Virus record (IMG/VR): IMGVR_UViG_3300047289_000086
Reading direction: 5' to 3' (one strand)
Length of the DNA stretch: 64,000 bases
Origin: a virus
The first letter of the stretch is position 1. The number at the start of each line of letters is the position of its first letter. The notes beneath the pieces were generated by a model. The model was not told the origin of the DNA. It did not search any database and was given only the letters and a program-made list of their open reading frames with translations. Shown here piece by piece: positions 21,601-31,300 of the stretch. Position numbers and translations under genes: made by a program.

Positions 21601-23553
21601 ATGGTAGATAAAAGTAAAGTACTGTTTTTAAACAGTTCATTTATCAAGAGCGATACCACCGACGAAAAGACAGCTAGTATAACAATCGAAGGGTACGCAA
21701 GTACCGATGACATTGATAGACAAGGCGACATTGTCCCAGCAAGTGTATGGAAAAAGGGTATACAAAATTATTTGAAGAATCCAGTAATTTTGGCATATCA
21801 CGACCATAGCGAGCCAGTTGGTAGGATGGTAGATCACAGAGTTGACAGCAAGGGATTATGGGTTAAAGCCAGAATTTCTTCAGCTGCTGGCGAAGTTTTT
21901 GATCTTGTAAAAGATGGCATCTTAACGGCATTTAGTATCGGCTTCCGAATCATAGATGCGGAATATGATGCAGCCAAAGAGTTGTTTGTGGTAAAAGAGC
22001 TAGAACTGCACGAAATTTCAGTAGTGTCAGTACCAGCTAATCAAAATACACTATTTAGTCTTTCTAAGGCGTTTGATACAGCCGAAGAATTTAAATCTTT
22101 CAAAATGCAGTTTGCACCCGACAGCGATTCAGCTAAAGGGCTAGAATCCTCAACGGAAGCAATCGGCGAAATTAAAAAGGAATGGGAAATGGATCCTAAA
22201 CAATTAGAACAAATGTTGGCTGATGCAGCTAACAAAGCGGCTGAGCAAACTGCAAAAGCCATTGCCGATACACAGGCAAAAGCATTGGCCGAAAAAGCCG
22301 CTGCTGACAAGGCTGAAGCCGAATTAGATGCACGCGTTAAAGCCGCTGTTGCTTCTATCTCTACTGGCGACACAGGTGCTGAGCGCTTGATGGCCGAAGT
22401 TGAGAAGCGTTTAGCTACTGCTGAAGAGTCAAGCAAATCAGTTATCGCTGGTTTAGAAGCCTCTTTGCGTGAAAAAGCTTCCGAAATCGAAGCAATTACA
22501 AAATCAAAAATGTCTTTCCAGGACAGCAAAGACGGTATGTCTTACGCTGACAAAGAAAAGGCTGTTATGTTGTCCAAAATGGCTGGCAAGTCAGTTGACG
22601 GTACACGTCTTGGTCGCGAATTAGTGCAAAAATACGGTGCTCACGTGCCTTCAGCCACATGGGAACTCGAAGTTTCTTTGAACCTTGAGTCTGAAGTTCG
22701 TCGTCGCTTAGTTGTTGCTCCTATTTTCCGCAACATCGCTATGCAAACCAACGTGATGACCATTCCAGTGAATCCAGAAGCAGGTACTGCTACTTGGGTC
22801 ACTGATGCCAACTTTGGCGCCGTTCCTGCTACCCTTGGTGCAGCTGGTGCTTCTGCTGGTACAACTGCTACCCACGCTCTCAAAGAAATCACTTTGAATG
22901 CTTATAAACTTGCCACAAACGAATATACAGCATACGAAGAAGAAGAAGATTCTTTGTTGGCTTTGATGCCAATCATTCGTGATGGTATGGTTCGTCGTGT
23001 TGCTCGCGCCGTTGACAAGGCTTTCTTGTTAGGTGCAGGTTCCGGTTCTGATCCTGTTAAAGGATTGTCAGTCTGGGCTTCCAACACTACTGCTGTTGGC
23101 GCAACTGCTCCTAACACTGTTGCTGCTGGTTTGAACGTTGCTAAATTGCGCACATTGCGTCAAGGTTTGGGTGCTTGGGGTCTCGACCCAGCTGAAGTGA
23201 TCTATATCGTTAATACCGATGTTTATTATCAATTGCTGGAAGACACAACCTTCCAAACCATGAACCAAGTTGGTACACAAGCTACACTGTTAACCGGTCA
23301 AATCGGTCAAATCGGTGGAAGCCCAGTGTTGGTTTCTGCAGAGTTCGCTTCACCAGCTACTGGCGTTGCAGGAGCTATCTGTGTAAACCCAGGCAACTTT
23401 ATCGTTGGTAACCAGCGCGGTCTCCGCATTGATACCCAAGAATTAGTTGAAACACAACGTCGCGTTATGGTGGCTAGCCTCCGTACTGGTATGACACGTG
23501 TTACTACTAACTTAGGTAACGCTGTTACAGCACACAAGTACACAGCAACCTGA
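21601..23553 (+). CDS. prohead protease - scaffold-like linker - HK97-fold major capsid protein fusion
   Basis: The N-terminus (EGYAS.DDIDRQGDIV, AYHDHSEPVGR, FSIGF, SVVSVPAN) looks like HK97-type prohead protease. The middle is an Ala/Glu/Lys coiled coil. The C-terminus looks capsid-like. A strong terminator follows. Confidence 0.85.
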   Translation: MVDKSKVLFLNSSFIKSDTTDEKTASITIEGYASTDDIDRQGDIVPASVWKKGIQNYLKNPVILAYHDHSEPVGRMVDHRVDSKGLWVKARISSAAGEVFDLVKDGILTAFSIGFRIIDAEYDAAKELFVVKELELHEISVVSVPANQNTLFSLSKAFDTAEEFKSFKMQFAPDSDSAKGLESSTEAIGEIKKEWEMDPKQLEQMLADAANKAAEQTAKAIADTQAKALAEKAAADKAEAELDARVKAAVASISTGDTGAERLMAEVEKRLATAEESSKSVIAGLEASLREKASEIEAITKSKMSFQDSKDGMSYADKEKAVMLSKMAGKSVDGTRLGRELVQKYGAHVPSATWELEVSLNLESEVRRRLVVAPIFRNIAMQTNVMTIPVNPEAGTATWVTDANFGAVPATLGAAGASAGTTATHALKEITLNAYKLATNEYTAYEEEEDSLLALMPIIRDGMVRRVARAVDKAFLLGAGSGSDPVKGLSVWASNTTAVGATAPNTVAAGLNVAKLRTLRQGLGAWGLDPAEVIYIVNTDVYYQLLEDTTFQTMNQVGTQATLLTGQIGQIGGSPVLVSAEFASPATGVAGAICVNPGNFIVGNQRGLRIDTQELVETQRRVMVASLRTGMTRVTTNLGNAVTAHKYTAT

Positions 23554-23571
23554 TTTGCTAATGTAATTGTT

Positions 23572-23599
23572 AACAAGACCCTTCGGGGTCTTGTTTTAT
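23572..23599 (+). terminator. intrinsic terminator after the capsid gene
   Basis: AACAAGACCC ttcg GGGTCTTGTT followed by TTAT. Confidence 0.7.
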
Positions 23600-23638
23600 A
23601 AAGGTATAATGTGCCTTTATAAAACAAGCGAGGTATTT

Positions 23639-24205
23639 ATGGCAACAAATTTAGTAACAAAAGCAGAATACAAAGCTTACATGGGAATTAACAGTACAAA
23701 CTCTGATACAGAAATTGATTTTTTAATACCCAAGGTTAGCGATTTAGTAAAAACATATTGCCGTCGTACTTTTATTGACTATTACGACGAGGCTCTAACA
23801 GAAGTCTGTGATGGCGGTTTTAAAACAATTATCTTAAAAGAGACGCCAGTAGTTACAGTTAACTCTGTAGCTTACAGTGCAGATTATGGTAAGACTTATA
23901 CTAATTTAGTAAAGTTTACAGATTATGTAGTCCGAGGAGACTACGTTCTTAGTTTAAATCCAAACGGGTTTTCGGAACAAATTAATGGTTATAAAGTAGT
24001 TTATTTTGCAGGATACGAAGCAGTACCTGGCGATCTAAAACTAGCAGTATTAGATTTAGTAGAATACTACTCACGCAATAATGGTGCTGTACACAGTACT
24101 CGTGACTTAAATCCTAATACAACACAGATTAATTATGTCGCTTCCAGTAACTTCCCCGCAGCGATCAAACGTGTGTTAGATCAATATATGGCGGATTTTA
24201 CATGA
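23639..24205 (+). CDS. head-tail connector (gp6-like)
   Basis: TKAEYKAYMGI....DTEIDFLIPKVSDLVKTYC pattern, placed right after the capsid gene. Confidence 0.7.
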   Translation: MATNLVTKAEYKAYMGINSTNSDTEIDFLIPKVSDLVKTYCRRTFIDYYDEALTEVCDGGFKTIILKETPVVTVNSVAYSADYGKTYTNLVKFTDYVVRGDYVLSLNPNGFSEQINGYKVVYFAGYEAVPGDLKLAVLDLVEYYSRNNGAVHSTRDLNPNTTQINYVASSNFPAAIKRVLDQYMADFT

Positions 24206-25677
24206 GTATAGCAGACTTTAGTAAAACTGTACAAAGTCAAATTTATAAAAGCTGGTTAGATAAGTTAGAAAAAAATATTATCACTAACTCAACAAAAAGC
24301 TTACGTGGTAGCCAACAAGTTTCTGGAAAAACTGACTTTTATCTTACAAAAGATACTGTAATGAGTATGTACAAGACCATTACAGGTAAGCAAATGGATG
24401 GCCATGAAGCAGACGTTCTATTATATACTATAGCACAGGGCGGCAGCGCTGGCGGTGCAGGTAAGCTAGAAGGAACTTTTACTACTATCAATAATAGTAA
24501 AGCCGTAGTATTTAAATCTATAGGTTTTGATACTATTAGTTCTAGATTAGTAGACGTTTTCGAACACGATTACCTAGTACAAGAAGCATACCGTAAAGCC
24601 GAAGAAAAATATATTAATGGCGAAATAGCAGAGCTTAATAAACGTACCGACTTAAAAGGTAAGGCCAAACAAATTGAAATAGATAAAATTGAAGCAGAAG
24701 GTAAACGTAGAGCTTCTTTTGGATACTATTTTAACAAAGGTCACGTCATCGGCATTGCCACTAACTTAACTAAAGAATTTAGAAATAATCTAGATAAAGC
24801 AGATGCATTATCTAGAAAAGAACGTGACTCCTTGATACAAGTATTAGATCAATATATTGCTAAACTTCAGGCAGACGATTTAAATACTGCTAACTTACCT
24901 AATGCTGTTGATCAAGAACTTTATGCAGGGTATATAAAATCTAGTAGTAAGTACCTTGTAGAAATACAGTGTGCTGTTAAAAATCAAGGTTCTGGCCGTG
25001 ATCAAGCATCTCCTATACTAGATGAGTTAAGAAAGTTATTTTCAGTTAACTCTAAAGATATAACCGATATTTTAACTAAATCACCAACACTAGGAATAGC
25101 ACTAGTAAACACTAAAGGCTCCTCTAGTTTTAAAGATCTAGTTGCAAAAGATATGTTAAATATCCTTACTGGTAGTAAGCTAGATACTAGACAGTATAAG
25201 CAAGCTCCAAAACTTATTGGTAAAAAAACTACTAAGATAAATAAGCCAGCTAGTAATAAAGCTAAAATACAAACTCTTAAAAACCTAAAGAGTAAATTAC
25301 AGTCAACAAAATCTGATAGTAACAAAATTAGAGAAATGCCACAAATAACAGAAACTGTGCCTAATTTATTAGCGTTAATAAATACACAGCTTCAAGATGT
25401 AATTAGTGCAAATATGGGAGATGGCTCAAGCCGTAATGTTTTAAATTACCGTACAGGTAGATTTGCTAGTACTGTTAACGTAGAGTATTTAAGTACTAGC
25501 AGAGAAGGAATGATTAGTGCCTTTTATTCTTATATGAAAAATCCGTACGCAACGTTTAGTGCCGGAGGTCGTCAATCAAAACCTAGTAGCAGAGACCCTA
25601 AATTACTAATCTCTAAATCAATTAGACAGATTGCAGAACAAGTAGCAAGTAATAATTTAAGGGCGGTAGCATTATGA
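24202..25677 (+). CDS. hypothetical structural protein
   Basis: 491 aa ORF in the head-tail joining region, with a Lys-rich central segment. Confidence 0.55.
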   Translation: MSIADFSKTVQSQIYKSWLDKLEKNIITNSTKSLRGSQQVSGKTDFYLTKDTVMSMYKTITGKQMDGHEADVLLYTIAQGGSAGGAGKLEGTFTTINNSKAVVFKSIGFDTISSRLVDVFEHDYLVQEAYRKAEEKYINGEIAELNKRTDLKGKAKQIEIDKIEAEGKRRASFGYYFNKGHVIGIATNLTKEFRNNLDKADALSRKERDSLIQVLDQYIAKLQADDLNTANLPNAVDQELYAGYIKSSSKYLVEIQCAVKNQGSGRDQASPILDELRKLFSVNSKDITDILTKSPTLGIALVNTKGSSSFKDLVAKDMLNILTGSKLDTRQYKQAPKLIGKKTTKINKPASNKAKIQTLKNLKSKLQSTKSDSNKIREMPQITETVPNLLALINTQLQDVISANMGDGSSRNVLNYRTGRFASTVNVEYLSTSREGMISAFYSYMKNPYATFSAGGRQSKPSSRDPKLLISKSIRQIAEQVASNNLRAVAL

Positions 25678-26114
25678 CAAGAAGAATAAGCGTTGTAAAA
25701 GCCTTAGCTGAAAAGTTTAAAATAATTGACGGTACTGGTAGTTTCAAAACTAATTTGTTTGATAATAGCTACCCCAAACTTAAATTTTGGGATGAAGTAC
25801 AAGATTTTCCGTGTGTATATCTTACCGCAGGCACAGAGATCAGAGATTATATGCCTGCTGACTTTACATGGGGATTTTTAAACGTAAGCATCAAGGTATA
25901 TGTTCGCAGTGAAAGCGAAGCTCAAGAACAGTTAGAAGACTTACTTGACGACCTAGAAAAAGTAATTCACGACAACCGTGTATTAGTATACGATACTACT
26001 AATAATTTATCAACAACTGAAATATTAATTCAGTCAATAACTACCGATGAAGGGCTACTGGCTCCTTATGGTGTCGGTGAAATCAACGTACAAGTGCGTT
26101 ACGCATTGGTATAA
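25674..26114 (+). CDS. hypothetical head-tail joining / tail terminator-position protein
   Basis: 146 aa, ATGA overlap, immediately upstream of the major tail gene. Confidence 0.5.
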   Translation: MTRRISVVKALAEKFKIIDGTGSFKTNLFDNSYPKLKFWDEVQDFPCVYLTAGTEIRDYMPADFTWGFLNVSIKVYVRSESEAQEQLEDLLDDLEKVIHDNRVLVYDTTNNLSTTEILIQSITTDEGLLAPYGVGEINVQVRYALV

Positions 26115-26197
26115 CTCTCGGACTTACGCAAGCATAGCAACAGATAAATATCTAGTTAAGGTGCTTAAATACTTCCAAAAATCACAAAGGAAAGAGT

Positions 26198-27388
26198 ATG
26201 GCATTAAATTTACTACGTAATAGTCGAGTTTTTTACACGACTAGATTGGATAGTTCAGGACAAGTTGCTACAAGCGGCTTTACTGTATCAAACACACGAG
26301 AACTCCAAGTTTTGGACGGTTTCTCTTTTTCACAAAACACAGGTCAAGAAACAGTTACTATTAACGAAGCGGGTGCTGCACCTGTTCGCGGTCAACGTAG
26401 TTTTAATACTTCGTTAGAGCCAGTAGATTGGAGTTTTTCTACCTACATTCGTCCCAAGTACAACGAAGGTGCTACTACTACAGCAGGACCTGACGCAAAC
26501 GATGTAATCGATGCTGAAGAATACGTACTGTGGAATTCTATGTCTAGTGTTACAGGCAATGGCTGGACACAGACTGCAGGTGTAGCTCCTTCTACAATGC
26601 CTTATTCAACAGTAAGCTTTGCAAACTCAAATGCACACCAACTACAAGCTTTTGGCTTGATTATTCAATTTGAAGACGTTACTTATGTAATTGACAACTG
26701 CGCTATTGATTCAGCAACTATTGATTTTGGTTTAGATGCTATTGCTGCTGTTGCATGGGCCGGAAAAGGCACTGTAATGCGTCAGCTCGCAACAACATTA
26801 ACCATTAGTGGTGCAGGTTCTGTTACAGGTGGTGGTTTTACTGGAACTAACGATTTTCAGACAAAAGATACTTCAGCACGTTACATTGCTAACAAGTTGT
26901 CTACAATGACATTAGCTTCTTCTACTTTTGGTGGACTGACTGCTACAAGTTACAGCAATGTTGCTATTACTGGTGGTAATATTACAATTAGTAATAACTT
27001 AACATATTTAACACCAGCAAACTTAGGTGTTGTTAATACTCCTATTACTTATTTTACAGGCACACGCTCTGTTACTGCTAACGTTACAGCATACTTGAAA
27101 ACAGGTACAGGTACCAGTGCTGAATTGCTCAAAGATATGTTAGCAGCTAGCTCAAGCAGTACAGCTAACAAGTTTGATGTTGTAATCAAAGTAGGTGGTA
27201 ATAACGATACCCGCTTTGAAATTGCTATGCCAACTACTCAGTTGACTATTCCTGCAATTACCTCAGAGCAGATTATTGCTACTTCAATTACTATGACCGC
27301 TCAAGGTTCTAGTACTGGTGCTGCTGGTGGTGCTTACGATCTTGAAGCCAAGAACGAAATTACACTTAAGTATTACGCAGCCGTTTAA
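26198..27388 (+). CDS. major tail protein (by position)
   Basis: 396 aa. Precedes the chaperone pair and tape measure. Followed by a strong terminator. Confidence 0.6.
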   Translation: MALNLLRNSRVFYTTRLDSSGQVATSGFTVSNTRELQVLDGFSFSQNTGQETVTINEAGAAPVRGQRSFNTSLEPVDWSFSTYIRPKYNEGATTTAGPDANDVIDAEEYVLWNSMSSVTGNGWTQTAGVAPSTMPYSTVSFANSNAHQLQAFGLIIQFEDVTYVIDNCAIDSATIDFGLDAIAAVAWAGKGTVMRQLATTLTISGAGSVTGGGFTGTNDFQTKDTSARYIANKLSTMTLASSTFGGLTATSYSNVAITGGNITISNNLTYLTPANLGVVNTPITYFTGTRSVTANVTAYLKTGTGTSAELLKDMLAASSSSTANKFDVVIKVGGNNDTRFEIAMPTTQLTIPAITSEQIIATSITMTAQGSSTGAAGGAYDLEAKNEITLKYYAAV

Positions 27389-27407
27389 TTAATAGCTGCA
27401 TTTTCAT

Positions 27408-27439
27408 AGAGACTGGGTTGATCTCCAGTCTCTCTTTTT
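27408..27439 (+). terminator. intrinsic terminator after the major tail gene
   Basis: AGAGACTGG ... CCAGTCTCT followed by TTTTT. Confidence 0.7.
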
Positions 27440-27458
27440 CAAAAAACATTATTATAAA

Positions 27459-27878
27459 ATGACTACTCTCTCTTTAAAAACACTGTTAGTTCCTTCTAAA
27501 TCAGTTCAGGTTGAATACCCTGGGATGCCTGGTTTTGTAGTTGATTTGGCATTTTTATCTCGCGAAACGCTTTTGTCGATTCGTAAGAAATCTACTAAAA
27601 CCAGCTTTAAAAATCGTCAAGCCTCAGAAGAATTCAATGAAGATTTATTCTTACAACTTTATGTTGAGGCAGCTGTAAAAGGCTGGACTGGATTCAAGTT
27701 ATCTTATCTTGAGCAATTGGCCCCAGTAGATTTAGACGGTAAAGATCTTGAAGCAGAACTTGGTTACACGGCTGAAAACGCACTGTACTTAATGAAAAAC
27801 TCAAGTAACTTTGACGCTTTTATTAGTGAACAGGTGTCGGACCTGGGAAACTTTTCGACGACCAACTCCACCAAGTAA
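27459..27878 (+). CDS. tail assembly chaperone (G-like)
   Basis: Lies directly upstream of the tape measure. Carries the slippery GGGAAAC heptamer near its 3' end. Confidence 0.65.
   Translation: MTTLSLKTLLVPSKSVQVEYPGMPGFVVDLAFLSRETLLSIRKKSTKTSFKNRQASEEFNEDLFLQLYVEAAVKGWTGFKLSYLEQLAPVDLDGKDLEAELGYTAENALYLMKNSSNFDAFISEQVSDLGNFSTTNSTK
27845..27851 (+). promoter_or_regulatory. -1 programmed frameshift slippery heptamer
   Basis: G GGA AAC in the zero frame of 27459..27878, 25 nt before its stop. The -1 frame is open into 28237. Confidence 0.6.
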
Positions 27879-28237
27879 ACGGGCAGTTGGTCAACTACTT
27901 TCAAAATATGAGTGTTGGCATGACCAAAGACGCATATTTTGAAATGTGCGAAGCGCTAGGTAATGAACCACTAGAGTCTGAGGTTCCAGTTGATTTTGAA
28001 GACTTCCCACTAGAAGTACAACAGGCGTTTAACGCCTATAAAATGCTCCGAGACGAATGGGATACCATGAGTGGTATCTATTTAGGCAAATCCTTGATAG
28101 GTATTAAAGACATTTTAGAAGCAACAGAGATTGACGTTTCTGAACATAAACTTGTAATTATGCTTATACGTATAATTGATAATGTAAGATCAGAAGAGAT
28201 CAATAATAAGAAAAAGATGCAAGAGCCCGCTAGCTAA
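27851..28237 (+). CDS. -1 frame extension of the tail assembly chaperone (G-T-like fusion part)
   Basis: The -1 frame is open from 27830 through 28237, so a shift at 27845-27851 would fuse the two ORFs. Confidence 0.55.
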   Translation, partial: LFDDQLHQVNGQLVNYFQNMSVGMTKDAYFEMCEALGNEPLESEVPVDFEDFPLEVQQAFNAYKMLRDEWDTMSGIYLGKSLIGIKDILEATEIDVSEHKLVIMLIRIIDNVRSEEINNKKKMQEPAS

Positions 28238-28256
28238 AAATTAGCGGGCTTTTTTG
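28224..28256 (+). terminator. intrinsic terminator
   Basis: AGCCCGCTA ... TAGCGGGCT followed by TTTTT. Confidence 0.7.
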
Positions 28257-28274
28257 CGTTAAAAATTTTTTGGT

Positions 28275-28303
28275 TTGACAAAAGAGTGCTCACATGTTAT
28301 AAT
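28275..28303 (+). promoter_or_regulatory. consensus sigma70 promoter before the tape measure
   Basis: TTGACA-N17-TATAAT. Confidence 0.65.
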
Positions 28304-28356
28304 GGTCTCTAGTTAAATTATCAAAAAATTTTGGTAATATACGAATAGGAGTATGC

Positions 28357-31300
28357 ATGGCTAATAATGATACCGCTGTATTATATATTAAACTATCTGA
28401 CCTTGGCACTATTAGTGCCAGTCACAAGGATTTAAAGGCTTTCAAAGGAACTTTTGATTCACTTCAAAAGGATATGAATAGACCTGCTGGTAAAGGTAAA
28501 GGCGGTTGGAAAAACGCCATGATGGGTAGCAACGAGTATGATGTTGCTAGGGGTAGTGCCGGAGCAACAGGTGCATCTGGCCGAGACTTTGCAAATCAAG
28601 CTCGAGGGCTTGATGGATTAGTACGCTTATACGCTACTTATGCAGCTAATGTATTTGCGGCTGGTGCCGCATTTCGCGCATTAAGTAACGCAGCAGATAC
28701 TACTAACATGATCAAAGGTATGGATCAGCTTGGCGCAGCAAGCGGTACGGCTCTTGGTACAATTGCTAAACGATTAGTTGATACTACTGATGGAGCTATT
28801 TCATTTCGTGAAGCTATTGAAGCCACTACTAAAGGTACTGCTGCTGGACTATCATCTAAACAAATGCAACAGTTGGGCGAAGTAGCAAATAAAGCTTCTA
28901 AAGCCCTAGGCGTAGCTATGCCAGATGCTATTAGTCGACTAACTCGCGGTATTAGTAAGTTAGAGCCTGAGTTACTAGATGAACTGGGTTTATTTACAAA
29001 AATTGAAAAAGCTACACAAGAGTATGCACGAAGTATAGGAAAAACAGCAGGTAGCTTAACTGACTTTGAAAAGCGCCAAGCTTTTGCAACAGCAGTGTTA
29101 AAAGAAGGTTTAGATAAGTTTAGTGCTATTGATGTAGGTGCAAATCCTTATGACAAGTTATTAGCCAGTTTACAAAACTTAGGTCAAGGTGCTTTAGAAA
29201 TTGTAAATAAAGTACTAACGCCACTAGTTAATGTACTATCACAAAACCCTACTGCTTTGTTAGCAGTTCTTGGAGCAATTGGTGCGTCAATACTTAAAAG
29301 CGCTATACCTGCACTAGGTCAGTATCGCCAGAATTTACAAAATGCGGCAAACGAAAGCCGAATGGTTTTTACAAAAATATACAGCGACCAACAAGAAAAA
29401 ATTGGTTTATTAGCCGATAGTGCAGGTGCAGCAGCTGCTCAAGCATATAAAAATACTGCCGAAACACGTTCAAAAATTGAAGAACTGCAAAAAAGTGCTA
29501 CATCTATTTCTAAGGGACGTAAAGATTTTGCAAGTTTAGCTGCAAAAGATCCATTTGCTATTACACCTGAAGAAATCAAATCTTTAGAAAATCGTGCCCG
29601 ATATTTAAAAGGTAGAAATGACGCTGAAGCGCAAGCGCTTACGTTACATCTTCAAAAGATGAAAGCAATACGTGCAGGAGCTGCAGCTGCATTTGAAACA
29701 GCTTCTACAGGAGTTATTAAGGGCACTGAACCAGGATATACTACACCAGGCTCTAATGATATTATAAATAAACGCACATTAAATAAATTAGCTGGCGAAA
29801 GCATTAGATCAACTACCGCAGAAACTCAGGCAATATATGGATCTAGAGCCGCATACGCTAAATTAAATCAAGAAATTGCTCTTGCGCGTGAAGGAAAGTT
29901 AAAAACAATTACTCGTTATGATGAAGAAGGCAAAGCAGTAGTAGAAACTACTGGTAAAATGACCAAACTTCAAGCCGGATATACTCGTATTGCAGGTATA
30001 ATTGGTATCGTTGGACAAAAATTAGGCTCTCTAATAAGCGCTTTTGGTATCTACGGAGTCGTAGCAGGTATTGTAGCCGAAGGTATTACTTTAATTGATT
30101 CAAGCTTATCAAAAACAGGAAAACAAGCAGAAGCTTTTGCAAAATCTATAGAAGGTATAGATGACTCTAGTAAAAATCTTGTCCGAACTTTTGAAGTATT
30201 AAATAAAACCCCATTTTCCTCAGGTACTATACAAGGTATTTTAGCTTTATCAAACGCACAACTAGAAGTTTCAAATTCAGTAGAAACTGCTATTGATTCT
30301 GCTAAAAAGCTTCAAAGGGCAATGAAAACTAGTCCTTACGATCAAGTAAAAGACGATATAGCTAAATTTTTTGGCGGTGGAGTAAGCAAGAACTTAGCAA
30401 AAAGTTTAAATACTACTGTTCAAGATTCGCTACAAGTATTTGCCGAAATGGGAAAAACGGATGAAGCTGAGACTATTCTTAAGAAAGCACTAGGAGTAGA
30501 GAGCCTTGATATTACAAGTGTAACCAAGGCATTAGAGACAGGTGACGAGGCTGTTAACAGATATAAAGATGCTCAGAAAAAATTAAGTTCCGTTATAGGA
30601 AATAGTAGCTCTAATTTACAAGCTTTTAAATCTGCTACAGAAGTTAGCAATAAAGCATATCAGGAATTTATTCAATCTACGGCAAATAACAACCCATTAT
30701 TTAAATTAGGTCAGTCACTTAATGATGTAAGTAATGCAATGTTAAAAGTTACAAGTGGTGGTATTAACGAAATTAATGCTGCTTTTGATGACTTAACAAA
30801 GAATCCTGAAAAATTTCAGCTATTCGGAAAAGAATTTGTAGATCAGTTTGTAGGTATGCGAGATCAGTTTAAACTTAGTTTTGAAGCTTACAATACGTAT
30901 AAAAACTCAATCAACCAATTAGATCAACAAGATATAAAGACTAAACGAGAATTAGAACTTGTACAGTCGGCACTTAAAGTTAATCCTTTAAGTGACCGCG
31001 ACAATCGAAGAGCAAAAGAACTACAAGCTAGTTTAGATACAAACAACGAATCTCGTAATTTGGCACGTCGTCAACAAGCAGGACTAAGTACAGATATATT
31101 TAAGCAAGCTTCGGACTTATTTAATAAAGGTGCTGACAAAGCATACGAAAAAAGCAAAGAGCTTATTAATGTAGCACTTGGACAGGCAGCCGAAAAAGCA
31201 GCTTTAGCTATTGATCAAGCAAAAGCTGGTGGATTAACTGGGGCAGCTGCAGCTGCAGAGCAAGGAAGAATAAAGCAACGAGAAATTAGTATTCAGATGA

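Noticed and set aside
22041-22529. 162 aa antisense ORF inside the capsid fusion gene. Similar antisense or alternative-frame ORFs occur inside terL, the tape measure and the fibre genes.
   Set aside because: They lie opposite well-supported genes in Ala-rich or repeat regions. These are typical shadow ORFs.
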